Part shown: positions 41,391-55,759 of the stretch, one piece after another
How the letters are laid out: each line of letters opens with the position of its first letter
How positions within the stretch are numbered: the first letter of the stretch is position 1
NCBI RefSeq assembly: GCF_037392515.1
Contig: NC_090285.1
Location: 70,653,515 to 70,717,514 of the forward strand
DNA from: Haliotis asinina
Lineage: Eukaryota
Direction of reading: 5' to 3'
Length of the DNA stretch: 64,000 nt
Notes under the pieces: generated by a model
Seen by the model: the letters and a program-made list of their open reading frames with translations, nothing else
Database searches by the model: none
Told to the model about the DNA's origin: nothing
Program-made: the position numbers and the translations under genes

Positions 41391-43430
41391 ACCTGTCTGG
41401 TCTGGGACAAGCAGTCATATGGTTGATATCATGAGCAGCAGGTCCAACTGTTGGAGGTTGTATTCTTTGTTTGTTAACAACATCACTGCTGATGTGCTGG
41501 ATCTAATGTGGAATAAAAATTTAATGACTGAATAAAATAGTAATCTGGATTTAGAATTATTAGTGGGATGTTCGAGTTTAAGGCATGTGTGACTTGAAGC
41601 TGCATGAAGAAGCTTCTGATTTAATCTTTAAACCTGAGGTAGAAACGATTGTTTCACAGATTGGTGAAACTTTGAAATTAATGCCAGTAGGTTTCATGTT
41701 TATTTTAGCTGTTGTTTTGTGTTCTGCGTATTTGTGTGATGTGTTCAAGCTGTTGTAATGCTTCACATAGGAGACAGGATACAGTCTATGCCTGCTCACC
41801 CACAAGCTGATACGTCAGTTAGAAGAGGGTTTCAACCCAGAAACTGTTCACTAAGTTACAGTCTGCCATAGGTTTACAAAGGTCATAACACAGCAAACTT
41901 TTAGTGGATGTGGACCCAGGATACTCACAGTCTCAGCAATCAGCCTGGCTGGACCAGCCTCTGTATACCTGTTGCACTACTGCAACAATCACAGGATGGC
42001 AGGTGCTGGCTGTGTTGTGTCAAGCAGTGATTTTGACATTTTGTGAAGCATGAGGCAGATGATGTCCCAGAAATCAGTCATGATCAATAATGGATGATTG
42101 GCAAAATATTTTTTGTCAACCATCAGGCTTAGCCTAGATGTATCATTTTCTTGTCCTTCTCATCGGACACAGAACTATTTAGCATATCCATGTGTGAGAT
42201 TGAACAGCTCTGTCATCTTCAGACAAATATCAGGCATTACTTCGTCTTACACTGTTGATGATACATTATTCTAGAAGCAGTTTTTAGCACTTGATCCTCA
42301 ATGCTTCATTTATTTTATCTGATTTTTGTAATATACTTTTTGATCAAGTTTAAGAGGTAACCTGATATATGTGTCATGCAGCATATGTCATATTTGGGAT
42401 TTCACTTTCTTAGCAAAGTGCAAATTCTAGTACTTTTATGGTTGAGTCCCATCCGGGTCTCAAACCCACACCCTCTGAGTCAGGCACCTAATTGCCAGCA
42501 CACAAAGTGAGCCACCTATCCCGCTCATGTTTGAAACGTAACGTGATGTTCGTGTTTGAAAAATAACCAGATTCAGCATGGCAAGTTTTTTAGTATGTTG
42601 AAAATCCCAGGTTTAAACAAAGAGGATTCCAGGTCACACTGACACTTGAGCAAACCTTGACAGGGATTTTGTGGTAAGACTGCATTATTACTGACCCTCT
42701 TGTATCTGTGCAAGAGTTGGTTTTACCAGTACAAGAGAGTCTGAGTTGCTGTATTTTCTGCGTTTCCATCAATATCCTCCATAAACTGTTGTAATTTGGT
42801 ATGCATATTTGGGAAGGCAACAACTTGACCTTATATGAAGGGTATTTTTCTGGTATTTTTTGGTTAACTGAACTGCATTTTCTTCTGGGAGCCCACATCA
42901 GTGAAACAAATTGCTTCTTAGACCTGCCTGTTTGTCAGCGGCGGTAGGTGACATTGAACAAGAGTGTTTTTCACCCAGTGTACCACAGACAGGAATCAAA
43001 GTATGACTATCTTTGTCGACTCAACTACCTCACACCATTAAGTGCAGTGGTTAAAAGGTTATGTCAAACCAGTGTATGAAATAAGGCCCATCTGACCATC
43101 GGAGACTAGATTTCTGATGGATGGTCAAAATAAACAGCTAGCCAGCTGGATGGTCTGGTAAAATTTTCAGCTGTCCCATTCGTCTGGGTAAATTCACCAG
43201 GTTTGGTCTGGTGAAATCCTTTTAAAAGCCTATGCCTGGCTGGGGATTTAGCTTACTTCATACACACTTGTAAAACTGTACTTATGCTTGTGAAAATGGG
43301 GAAAGTGTTGAACCTGTTCAGTGTAAGCCATTCATGAGTAAAGAGCCTTCAGTTTTTAGTAGTTGATTTCCAGGTGAATACTATCAAGTTTGTGTGGTCA
43401 CAGGGTATGATGATGATCATGTTGATGGTG

Positions 43431-43432
<2 letters not shown>

Positions 43433-43462
<30 letters not shown>
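43433..43462. repeat. (CTG)10 microsatellite
   Basis: Directly visible. Confidence 0.9.
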
Positions 43463-43463
<1 letters not shown>

Positions 43464-43638
43464 ATGTCCTGAAGCCTGGGAACATTATTAATGCTGTCAC
43501 CCTGGGTCGACCTTGACCTGATGAGTTAAGAATTTGTGAAAACTGGGGATGTAACTGTTCTTGTTGTTATAGAACCTGTCTGCAAACTAGTCTGCCACCT
43601 AACCATAATCCCTTGTCTTCATCATGTTGTGTTCGCAG

Positions 43639-43799
43639 CAATGTGCGGAGTCTGCACTGGAGTGTTGACGTGGACAGCGACACCTGCTTCCTGTGTGCCA
43701 TCCATAAGCAGAACGTCACGGTATGGAAAGTCACAGGGCTGGCTCCAAAACTTGGATTCAAGCAAGTCCGCAAACTCAATGTGCAACCCATTCCTCAAG
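43639..43799 (+). CDS. Putative internal exon of an unidentified host gene (WD-repeat-like: NVRSLHWSVDVDSDTCFLCAIHKQNVTVWKV)
   Basis: Acceptor ...ttcgcag | donor | gtaaag. The open frame joins in phase with the next putative exon at 45518..45631 (acceptor gatgcag, donor gtgagt). Confidence 0.3.
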
Positions 43800-44094
43800 G
43801 TAAAGATGTCTAGAGATTTCATGAAGATTTTGATAACCTGATAGTTCAATTAGAACCTTCACTGAATGCTATAATATCTGGATATCATTACTTTTGTCTA
43901 CAGCATACTTGCAGTAGATGTTAGTGGGACATTGTGGGAGGTACCCTGGCTATATTGGGGGTATAATGGTGTGCATATTTTCCCATGTCATCAAGTAGTG
44001 GTTTGTCAAGAACCTGGTATACTCTCAGGTGCATTTAATTGTCTTTGTTGGCACTCTCTGATGGTGGTATTAGACTGTAATATGACTGTGAAAT

Positions 44095-44690
44095 AGAGCT
44101 GTGTATCGTGACCTAAGTGGCAAGATGATATAACCTGATACCAGGCCAGTGCTGTGTATCATGGCCTAATGATATATCCTGATACCAGGTCAATGCTGTG
44201 TATCGTGGCCTAATGATATATCCTGATACCATGTGAATGCTGTGTATCGTGGCCTAATGATATGTCCCGATACCAGGTCAATGCTGTGTATCGTGGCCTA
44301 ATGATGTATCCCGATACCAGGTCAGTGCTGTGTATCGTGGCCTAAAGATAAATCCCGATACCCTGTCAATGCTGTGTATCGTGGCCTAAGTGGCGAGATG
44401 ATATATCCCGATACCCTGTCAATGTTGTGTATTGTGGCCTAAGTGGCGAGATGATATATCCCGATACCCTGTCAATGTTGTGTATCGTGGCCTAAGTGGT
44501 GAGATGATATATCCCGATACCCTGTCAATGTTGTGTATCGTGGCCTAAGTGGCGAGATGATATATCCCGATACCATGTCAATGCTGTGTATCGTGGCTTC
44601 ATAATATATCCCGATACCAGGTCAGTGCTGTATATCGTGGCCTAAGTGGCGAGATGATATATCCCGATAACAGGTTAATGCTGTGAGAAG
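44095..44690. repeat. ~60-bp tandem repeat (gtgtatcgtggcctaagtggcgagatgatatatcccgataccctgtcaatgttgt), ~10 copies
   Basis: Directly visible. Confidence 0.85.
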
Positions 44691-45759
44691 ATAACAGTGT
44701 ATTGTCAATGGTGGCCATAAGATATATATCCTGATACGTTACAATTTCTAATAACAGAACATATGATAGATAAAATGACTGAAACTTTATTTGTTATACA
44801 TCCACACACACTGCTGTTCAGCTAATAAGGTTTCAGCATTTAACGTGTAAGAAAGTATAGTCAAACATTCAATATACCTTGATCTAAAATATATAAATTT
44901 GAAACTGAAGTTTCCCTTGCATTGTTGTGTTTCTACACCAGTGCTTTCACTAGCAATTCAGTGTAATTCATATCAGAATTCAGAATCTCTGAAAAAAGCT
45001 TTTAAGTTTGCATTCTAATTGTTATCCTCTCTTTGTTCTCTTTCTTAACTAGGCTGAGACTTCATTCTTAGTTCTATTTAAATGGTGTATTTTGTCAAAA
45101 CATGTTTCAGTTATTTGAAGACAAGTATTCTACAGTTCACAGAGTTTGAAAAATGTTCACATTCTGTCACATATTTTAACTCCTTTGTTCATGTAAGAAA
45201 CAGCAGACACAAACAAGTTCCTATAGGGTTCTATTTGTTTTTATATTCAGATAAATTTCAAAGAGGCTCACTTCCTATTCCCAGTTCGGTGCTATTTAAG
45301 GTGTATCGGGATATATCATCTCTTGTGGCAGTATATTGATGTATCATGGACCCTCGCTTTATAATTATCCTGATATATAGCCTAAATGTGTTTTGTATCT
45401 GTGTGCTTGTATTGTATAGTTAGCAATGCATCACTGCTATCAGTGTAACAGCACTACTGTGAAGTAAGGAAGACACATGAACCCTGTCCCACTGTATACT
45501 GTCTGTTCGTGATGCAGGATGTCTGTGGCATCCCCAGAGGGACATCTTGTGTCTGTTGAGTCAGCAGCAGTGCAGTTTCTACTTCCGACATGCTAACAAC
45601 AAGAGCAGCTATGCTTTCCCTCAGCTGGAAAGGTGAGTTCATTTTGGAGGTGTAAGTTTGACCCCTCACTCCATTTTGTCCACTCCTTAAAACTCCATCC
45701 ATATATGATTCCTCTTCTCATTTGTCCACCTTCATTGACCCTCCCCTGACATATCCACT

Positions 45760-46045
45760 GAGCTCTCCCACTGCACCCCGAGCTGTTCCCTGTGTAGTGT
45801 GAGCTGTACTCCGAACTGTCCCCTGAGCTGCATCCTGAACTGTCCAATGAGCTGCACCCTGAGCTCTCCCACTACACCCTGAGCTGTGCCCTGGTCTTTA
45901 TGAGCTATTCCTTGAGCCGTACCCTGACCTGTCCCCTGAACCGTACCCTAAGCTGTACCCTGAACTGTAAGAGCTGTACCCTAAAATATACCTTGAGCTG
46001 TACTGAGCTGTACCCCGACACCCTGAACTGTACCTTGAGCTGCAT
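45760..46045. repeat. Degenerate ~21-bp tandem repeat (gagctgtaccctgaactgtcc-like)
   Basis: Directly visible. Confidence 0.7.
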
Positions 46046-47631
46046 GACTGCACTTAGCACTGTGTGTGTGAACCACTGTATGAACCTGCATGTGCATCAA
46101 TACTTTTATTTCCTCCCCTGTACCGGCACCTTGATCATATTGATGATTGACTGCGGTCTGACAGCTCTTGTCAGTTAATTGTTGTAATCAAATGATTTGT
46201 AGTCTAACAAGGACATTTAGATCTCATTTTCAGATTCAATTTCCTCACAGCATGGTGATAATGTAAATCTAAACTTTTGTATGTTCAAGGTTGTTAAAAG
46301 AAGTAAGTTTCACTACTCGGTGACTAATACCTCAGTTATTTTGAAAACATTGATTTGATAAGTGGGATGGTGTTTCATAAATTAAATCTGTGTAAGTTTC
46401 TGTGTAAGATGACAGGTTTAGTTTTTGCCAGTTTGTGTTGTTTTTTGTGAATTATGTGGAATTTGTTTGAAACCTAGCAAGATTTCTAATCATAAGTCAG
46501 CTGTAAATAGCTGTTGACTATCCCAAGCACAGTGGGCCTCCTGGAAGATAATATGCTGTTGTGTTTCCACCCCTCTTCTCACTGTCACCCCTTGCCCCCT
46601 GTTGTTACAAGCTACGAATTAGTAAATCTAGCCCTTTGCCTGGCTGATTTCTTAGCTGATAATGGTTCTGTAAACTCCCCCAATATAGTCGATCTGTTTA
46701 TGTTTGTTTCAGTGGCAGAATCACCTGCGGTACATGGTCAGAAGATGGACAGAGGCTGGTGTTATGTGTGGGCGCAGTGGTGTTGGTAAGACTACCTCCA
46801 GCACTCAGCAAACGGTCATCTGTTTTGGTGCCTTGAGTGTGAACCCTCAAAAATACCAGAATGGGAACTTGACAGAGAAAGCATGATACCAATCATGACA
46901 TAAGCCTCTGATGTATGAGCATATACACAACAACATGACAGAAGTCAATTTTTCTACATTAATACATGTACAGTAAATGTTATGTAGACTATATAGTTCA
47001 TCACCCCAAACTGTTGAAGTGCGGACGGTATGAAATTAGTGATGTCTCTTGGCAGAGTAATGGAACTCAAGCACCTGCCCACTACAGTGCACTCTGTCTA
47101 ATTCGAACTGGCTTGGGACCAACTAAAAAGTCTGAATTAGACCCGAGTTCCACAGAAATTTGATATAAAGAAGGATTACGTCGGGATTGTAAGTTCAGTC
47201 TGAGTTTGGCAGCAATCTAAGAAAGAAAGAGTCTGAGTTTGGCAGAATGCACTGTGTATCACCAGCCATACAATAGTTTCAACCCAAGGGTAGAGTAGGG
47301 TCCCAGGTCCTACTGCATCTGTGGATTTAAATGTAAATCAATCAAAGATGGAACCTGTTGGGGGCCTGCAGCCCCAAGACCCCAAGCTGATTTTCAGCTG
47401 AAATCATTTCACCTATTGCCATCTCTGCTATTTGGACCTAAGGACAGAGTAGGGTCCCAGCTCCCAGTGCATGCTCCTTAGAGGGAATTGAAGGGCAGAT
47501 TGAGCTCCTAACATCTGGGTATGTCATCTGTTTGTTTCAGGTGTACATATGGCCAAACATCGAGACTTCAATATCTGACTTCACCCCCGCAGCCTGGAAG
47601 GTCCCTGGGTAAGGCGCTATAAAATAGGATG

Positions 47632-49175
47632 CTGATTCACTAAGTACCAAGTACACACGGATGGGCATACACTAAGTACCCAGTACACCCAGGTGGGGAT
47701 TCACCAAGTACCCTGTACACCCAGGTGGGGATTCGCCAAGTACCCAGTACACCCAGCAGGGGATTCACCAAGTACCCAGTAACCAAGGTGGGGATTCACT
47801 AAGTACCCAGTACACCAGGGTGGGGATTTACCAAGTACCCAGTATTCTAGAGTGGAGATTCATTAAGTACCAAGTACACAAGGGCATGGTCTCTAAGTAC
47901 CCAGTACACCAGGGTGGGGATTCACTAAGTACCCAGTACACCAGGGTTGGGATTCACCAAGTACCCAGTATTTTAGGGTGGAGATTCGTTAAGTACCAAG
48001 TACACAAGGGTGGGGTCTCTTAAGTACCCAGTACACCAGGATGGGGATTCACCAAGTACCCAGTATTTTAGGGTGGAGATTCGTTAAGTACCAAGTACAC
48101 AAGGGTGGGGTCTCTTAAGTACCCAGTACATCAGGATGGGGATTCACCAAGTACCCAGTATTTTAGGGTGGAGATTCGTTAAGTACCAAGTACACAAGGG
48201 TGGGGTCTCTTAAGTACCCAGTACACCAGGATGGGGATTCACCAAGTACCCAGTATTTTAGGGTGGAGATTCGTTAAGTACCAAGTACACAAGGGTGGGG
48301 TCTCTTAAGTACCCAGTACACCCAGCAGGGGATTCACCAAGTACCCAGTACACCCAGGTGGGGATTCACAAAGTGCCCAGTACACCAGGGTGGGGATTCA
48401 TTAAGTACCCAATACACCAGATCAGCGGATTTACCATGTATCAAGTGGACCAGGTGGGGCATTCACTAACTACCATGGTAGTACACCATGGTAGACAATC
48501 GCCAAGTACCCACTACATGGTGGGGATTTTCTATGTACCCAGTAAACCAGGGTGGGGATTCACTAGGTTAATAGTACACCAAGGTGGAGATTTATTATGT
48601 ACCCAGTAAACCAGGGTGGGGATTCACTAAGTACCCAGTACACCAGGTTGGCAATTTACTATGCATCCAGTGGACCAGGAGGGGGATTCACTTAGTACCC
48701 AGTACACCAGGGTGAGGATTTATCAAGTACCCAGTCCATTAGGAGGGGGATTCACTTAGTACCCAGTACAATGTACACCAGGGTGAGGATTTATCAAGTA
48801 CCCAGTCCATTAGGAGGGGGATTCACTTAGTACCCAGTACACCAGGGTGAGGATTTATCAAGTACCCAGTCCATTAGGAGGGGGATTCACTTAGTACCCA
48901 GTACACCAGGGTCGGGATTTATCAAGTACCCAGTCCATTAGGAGGGGGATTCACTTAGTACCCAGTACACCAGGGTGAGGATTTATCAAGTACCCAGTCC
49001 ATTAGGAGGGGGATTCACTTAGTACCCAGTACACCAGGGTGAGGATTTATCAAGTACCCAGTCCATTAGGAGGGGAATTCACTTAGTACCCAGTACACCA
49101 GGGTGAGGATTTATCAAGTACCCAGTCCATTAGGAGTCGGATTCACTAAGTGCCCAGTACACCAGGGAATTCACT
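47632..49175. repeat. Complex satellite, 1.5 kb. ~32-bp subunit (gggattcaccaagtacccagtacaccagggtg), organised in ~96-bp and ~63-bp higher-order repeats.
   Basis: Directly visible. The ORFs at 47820..48023 and 48295..48609 are repeat translations. Confidence 0.9.
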
Positions 49176-52100
49176 ATTTGTTGTAAAATGTTATTTCAGA
49201 TGCCACATTCTAGATGACACATAGGATCGAAATGTATCATAGTGCACTGATCCATATAGATATTTGAGCAGACTGGAGACATGTCCACCAGCTGTGCTTA
49301 ATACAGTGTAACTAATCGTTCAGTGTATTGAGCGTTGCTGCGTCAGCAATGCAGCATACCAGATATAAGTAAATTCTGGAATTATATGTGTCAGTCCACA
49401 TCCATTCATACTTGAGCATGTTGACTGTACAGCTGCTAGGATCACACAACAGAAACGTCAGAGATCCTTATTACCCTGTACTTTTAGGAGGTTATATTTA
49501 AGCCATATATTTGTTATGGGAAAAGTGTCCCACATGCTCACCCTTGCTCACAATGATATACCCATTGTAAAAATTAGGTGTACATCCATGTAGGACAACT
49601 TATAATAGCCTTTCATTATCCTTCCATGTGCAGACACCATGTACCGATATCTACACAGGTCAAAACTACATAACTGCCAATATGAAGAAGATATTGCACT
49701 AGTTCTATTAAGCTTGTTTGGAGAATTATTTCAGATACGTCCACTAGGCCTTAATACACTTACAAATCAAGGGACTTAATGTTTGGTTTGCTTGTGGTAA
49801 CTGACAGCATGGGTTGTTGGTCCTAATATCACCCCCTAGATTGACATATATTGTGTATGTCTATATTCAACTCATCTTGTGTCTTGACTGTTGCTATGTT
49901 CTGCTTTGTCCTGAACACTGCTGTCAGGTGTGGAGTTGTTATCTCACCTGTGTTGCACACATCAAGGATGATGATGTAGACATGCTGTTGTTATGTTGCA
50001 GCCTGGACGGCAGCATCACCTCCATCGTGTCCCTGTCCCATGATTCCCTTGTGTGTGCGACTGAGTTGCCGCTAGAGTCACTGTGTAAACAGCGGGACAT
50101 GTTTGTTGTGCCAGGTAACCTCACTCCATGTGAAGACGTCAAGTAATTGTTGTTGCTTATTGTAAGAGTTAATATCATATCAGACATTTTATGTGACCTG
50201 AATTGTTGTTGTCATATGGTCTGATGTAATTCTGTATGTCATAGGGACATCATGCCTCGTATACCACCCTGAGGCATGCAAGGAGACTGGTATGTTTCAG
50301 TACATTAAAAAAGAATTACAATTCCAGATGTGGTGAGCTCCAGCGAGGACCGTACCATGAATGGGTCTGATGATGTCATTGCCCCTAGAGGAAGCCAGGT
50401 GTCAGCAAAGGACAGCCTCCTGAATCTGGAGAGAAACCCACAGGTAGAGTGTGTTGACCTGCATTATCTTGTTTTTCACCTGTCGGAAGTCCAAAGTAGA
50501 GTTGGCCCCCAGTTCTGTCCATTGGTGAGACCCACAGGCTTGGTTGTTGTAAGATGATGTGGACTCATGATCAAGTAGCAGCATTGTCACGCATCTGGAA
50601 TACTGCTCAGTCAGGTGTAAAACAACAAACAAAGCTGGCTTTTATGTAGTCTTTTATGCTTAAGATCATAGGAGACAGTTTAGAATTGTGTAGTTTTGCG
50701 ATTTATTTTCAGTACCTCAAAAAACAGTGACTGCCTCCATCCTCACCACCTGCCTTACTCAAAGAAAACTGAAATTTTACAACCTTAATGCCTCTTACGT
50801 CAGAAAGACATTTACTAAGAAATATTTGTGTAAAGTTTGTTTTCATTCTGCGAAAAACATGTGACAACAGTATGACTGTGACATTAATGTTGTTGCCATG
50901 GTGATGTTCAGAGCCTGGTGCAGGATACGTCACAATTGGTGGTGATTCAACTCCATGACAAGCTGCAGGACCCCAGCGTCGTCAGCCGCACCAACGTCAG
51001 GGGCGTCCTTGTGCCATATGTGCTTACACATGAGGTCAGTGGATATTTATTGAAAAATGCAGGGCCTAGATTTTTTAAGACCTCTTAGCTCTAAGATAGT
51101 CGTACATTCCATACATAACTTACAACTGTCTTAGCACCATGAGAGCTTTGAAAATCTAGGCCCAGCTCTTTGAAGGTCACATGCAGCAGTTATGACTCAT
51201 TTATGGTATAAAAACAGCATTGCTGATTAAGAAAAAGAACCAAATAATCAGAATTTTATGCGTATAATTACAAATCAAAAGTGCAATATTTTGTACTTGG
51301 GTTTACCTTTCTTGAAACAATGCAGCTGCGATACCGAACCCAGTCAGAGCTGGTGGTCGTGCACTCAGGTGTGAAAAAGCCTTTGCATTGGCCACTGGTT
51401 CATTTGCCAATATACTTAGTTGGCTCTGTGTTAATTTCAAACTGAATGTGGTCAATGATTGAAGTTGTGTATGGCATATTGTTAGTAGCAAACAGGCAGG
51501 CAGACGTATAGGTGTCAATGAACCAGACATGGAGTTTTCTCTGTTGTTACGGTGAATAATAACCATGAGGTGTAAGAAAGGTGTAAGAAATCCTCTCAGA
51601 ACTGGCAAAATATAACACTGAGAAGTCTAAAATTTCCAATAATTTTGTATTAACAGAAAGCAAGATACAAAGATTCTCAATAATAATTCCATTTGTATAG
51701 CACCCTGTATCCAATCACCAAGTGGTTGCTCATGGCGTTGACTTATGTACATATTTACAAACAGGAGTTCATTTAGAGGTCATAGTGCTTTTTGAACAGA
51801 AAAGTCTTTAAGTTCGACTGAAAGCTGGCTATGAACCAGACAGGAGTTTTTCTCTGTCGTTATGGTAATAATAACCATGAGGTGTAAGAAAGGTGTAAGA
51901 AATCCCCTCAGAACTGGCAAAATGGTGCTTGGTCATTGTACCAGCCTTTATATATATATATATATTCAGTCATTGATTCCAGATTATTCCAGCAAAGCTT
52001 GGAACTTTTGCCATTAACAAAGAATTCTCTCGGCCAGCCTCCTGGAAGTCAAAAGTTAATCAAAACACATAGTAAAGGGGAGTTAACTCTCTAAAGTGCT

Positions 52101-53217
52101 ACCTTAAAGCCTGCTGCCAAAATACAAAAAGTACCGAACGTGTATGATACGAAATTTGACCCAAAATAATTATCATTCAAAACACTAAACATTGTGACCC
52201 AATGATATTTATTACTTAATAACTTAATTAATAATACAATTTATGTAACGAGTAGATTATTTTGCTTGTTTGTGTACCTCATAGTCATACTCCAGGCAGG
52301 CATACTGTTTCAAGCACCATGAACCTATGAGTGCTTTTTCCCCCAATTCTGGGAGAAGAATCGTTTCCACTCTGAATGGTTTTTTTAATCACGTTCTTTT
52401 TCAACATCATAGGTTGAATTGGCATTTTTTGATGATTTGTGGTGTTTTGTGGTGCATGTGAACTTTAAGATTTTGATCTTTTGTTCCTAACATATTACCC
52501 CATGGCAAGGTGAGATGACCAACTTAAGGGACGAATGGTCAGTGTCCACAACACCAGTCACTGGATTATCTGGTCTGGATTTGATTATTTACAGACCTCT
52601 GTCTTGGAGCTGTAGAACTGTCCATAGTGCAGCATTAAACAGCAAGTATGAACTGAGTAGTGTTCTGAGCACTGTTTGGCTACAGGTGTTCCTGCTCAAT
52701 GCAGGTGGTCAGGCTGGCTGACTTGTATCCCAATTAGATCGATGGTCATGCAGTCTAGATTATCAAACCTATACTTGATTTTTTTCCAGACTGCCCCTGG
52801 AATACTGCTGGATGTGGCTTTAAACAACAAACAAATGTGTGTATTCAGCTCTTGTAAATATTTGTTAAATGTTTCACACAGCCGCGGACCAATTCTGTCA
52901 TCGTCGGGGGCAACAACCAGAGTCTGCTGCAGATCTTTACTTTCCTGGGTGAAGAGTTACACAAAGTCTCAGACATTGTGAGTATTCCGTCTTGTCTTCA
53001 TCTGTAATAGCCATTCACATATTAGTGGCAGCAGAGACAGCAGGGTGTTCTTCCTCGAAGAAATGACTGGTAATGCACACCCTCACACCCACCCACCCCC
53101 TTCACACGCACACAGAGAGAGAAAGAGATGTCTCAAATTGATTCAATGCAACTAGAGGATGGAAGGTAAGATGTTTGTCTTCAAGTAAGGCGCATTCTAG
53201 TTGTTGATTTTTTTCAG

Positions 53218-53395
53218 CAACTTGAGAAACATCATCGGCCCAAGGGATCCTGTAGACTACCTCCCATCTTTTCCCAGACAACCTCTGGTGTCCTGGTGAT
53301 GGTAGGCGAGAGAGATATTGCCGATTCAGCATTTCCTTCGTCCACCAATGAAGCAAGGTTTACTCTACTTATCAAATACTTCCCAATCAAAATAG
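53218..53395 (+). CDS. Putative exon of the unidentified + strand host gene
   Basis: Acceptor tttttcag | donor aatag|gtaaga. Open frame QQLEKHHRPKGSCRLPPIFSQTTSGVLVMVGERDIADSAFPSSTNEARFTLLIKYFPIKI. Confidence 0.35.
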
Positions 53396-53618
53396 GTAAG
53401 AAAATGTCTCAGGAAATATGGAAGACGTTATCTGAAAGTATTTAGTGCAGCTGGAGTCAAAATAGATAGGAGAAGATGTAAGAATGTTTTCACACAGTTT
53501 GTGAATTGATTTAATAGATGCTCATTATCCCATGCTTGAAGGATTCTCTGTTGTCCCTATCTCTGAATGGGTGTTCTTTGTCACACTGTTAAAATGCAAT
53601 AACTCCTTCACATTTCAG

Positions 53619-54167
53619 ACAAATCTCACCTTCGTAACAGTTTCTCTGTGATGCCCAGCAACTTGACATCAGACACCAAACAACAAGAACAGAAGATGAA
53701 GAGCCTGAGTGGTTCCAACCTTCCAACCAGAACTCCTTCCAAGTCCAGAGTTACCTCCCTTTCAGTGGCTACACATGAAGCAAGTAATATCAAGATCTCA
53801 GTGCCCCCTTCTTCTCGGTCGTGTAGAGATGGGGGAAACACCAACAGACTTGTGGTGGACCTAAGCTCTAATGGAAAAGCAGAAAGTCTGGAAACAGAAA
53901 CAGTGCAATTTTCAAGTCAGGCTCCCAAATTCCAGAATTCTGATGTGGATAAATTCTTTGATTCTGTGGACAATGGAAGGAAGGTGAATGGTTGTAGAAA
54001 TTTGACAGTGAATGCTGAGCGGGACTTGCCGAGTGATATGAGTTGTGTGAGGAGAGTGGAGCAAGATGATGTGTGTGTAGTTGAGAGCTACACTCCCAGC
54101 GGCTCCAACAGTGAGCATACACAGGAAGAATCTGGATGTGACCAGTTGGTGCAGCTTGTCAACTCAC
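53619..54167 (+). CDS. Putative large Ser/Thr-rich exon of the same host gene
   Basis: Acceptor catttcag at 53611-18. Donor cag|gtcagt at 54168. 549-nt open frame matching ORF 53648..54196. Confidence 0.4.
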
Positions 54168-55337
54168 AGGTCAGTATCCAGGTCAAAGTCTTTTAATAAG
54201 CTGAAGGGATGGTAAAACAATTGCTTTCTAGACGACTGAGGTTCAGTAAATTTACTTCCTTTTTAACTGAAATTGTCCCGTGCAGACAGGTTTCATTAAT
54301 CAATGAATTGGAAATTTTCATGGTTTTGTTTCTGATTTATTTGATGTGATTGTTTTTCAGAAAGATCAGATTGCTGCATTGCAGAAGAAAATCGATATGT
54401 TATCTCAGTAAGTATTGATCTCTTGCTTGGTACAGTGGTATGTAGGTTCACCTGTCACAGGGACACGTGTTGTGGTTATTCAGAGGTCATTAAATGAAAC
54501 TCTTGTGTGAAATCACTTTATCCACTAATGTAACATGTTTTATTTAGGATGACACTTTATCAGTATTGATACCTGTACTTTTGTTGCATTGAATCCAGAT
54601 GCCTAACTGCTCTCCCAGCGTGGAAGCTTTCTAAATGGCATTGTGTATTCGTCACTTCACTAGACGAGACTACCCCAATACCCACACATTTAGAGGTTTC
54701 AGTAGGTACACCTGGAGTCAAGCTTGATGTCGCACCATAATGCAGGCATATTGCTGACTGTGGCATGAAACTAAACATACTGTAAAATGTGAGGTTGATG
54801 TTATATTAGCAAAGTGTTCCATCTGTCTGTTCTAGAGCTGTAGAAAACACATCATGTATATTCCCAACAAGATACCAGAGTCCTGAGCAACCAGGTGAGT
54901 CTTGTTCAGAGTGCAGTTGCTTCTTTGGACTCATTGTCTCTCATTTTGAAATCAGTTGTAGCTTGTAATTGAAGTGTCCTGGCTGCTAAGTGCTCAGATA
55001 TTATGTGAGCTGTTGAGAGTTATCTCCCATGGACATTTCAAAACAAATGAGTTCTTTTTTATTCTTCCTTGATTTTGCTTAAACTAAAGTGATGAAATGT
55101 CTTGTGTTTGCACCACCTGCTTTCCTGTCTAGTGACCCACACCCATATGACTGAAATGCCATTCAAACTTACATTAACTGAAACTCACTTGTGACAAATT
55201 GAGCTTGCCTTTGATTTCCATGAAAGCACTAATGTCACTATCATCTACCAGGAAATTATTCAAAGTCAGTTTCCCTAGATTTTTCATTAGCTTGCCTAGA
55301 TGTTTGTAATAGTGTGCTTTGTTATTTTGACTCTCAG

Positions 55338-55469
55338 AGAAGGTGAAGGTTATCTGTGAGACATCTGATGGCCACACTCTGACCAGGTCATTCCTGCTAG
55401 ACTCTGGCCGACTGCAACTCGATCCTGTCAAACAAGCATTTGGTCTTGCCACAGTTGAACTTATCATGG
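55338..55469 (+). CDS. Putative exon of the same host gene
   Basis: Acceptor ctctcag. Donor atg g|gtgagt. Frame EKVKVICETSDGHTLTRSFLLDSGRLQLDPVKQAFGLATVELIMG. Confidence 0.35.
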
Positions 55470-55759
55470 GTGAGTACAGTGAACCTCTCTCTTCAGTGGT
55501 CATACAGGTCACAACTGGGATCAGGCTGCTGAAATACTGCAGCAGTTAGACATGTGCTCTCATTAGTTGATGTGTCCCTCGTTTACATATCAACAGACAG
55601 AAATACTAATTCGTTTTATCAAGGGTCAACTTAGGATGGGTGTTTAACTTTATTTAGGGCATAATATTTCCATGCACATTAGATATTGGCTGTAGTTAGT
55701 CTTGCATCTCATGTATTCAGATGTGTAATGTTGTATGAGTTGTCCCCCTTTGTTGTCAG

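Noticed and set aside
40696-41535. Four overlapping ORFs in both strands at 40.7-41.5 kb
   Set aside because: Periodic peptide repeats generated by the 36-bp tandem repeat. No independent coding evidence.
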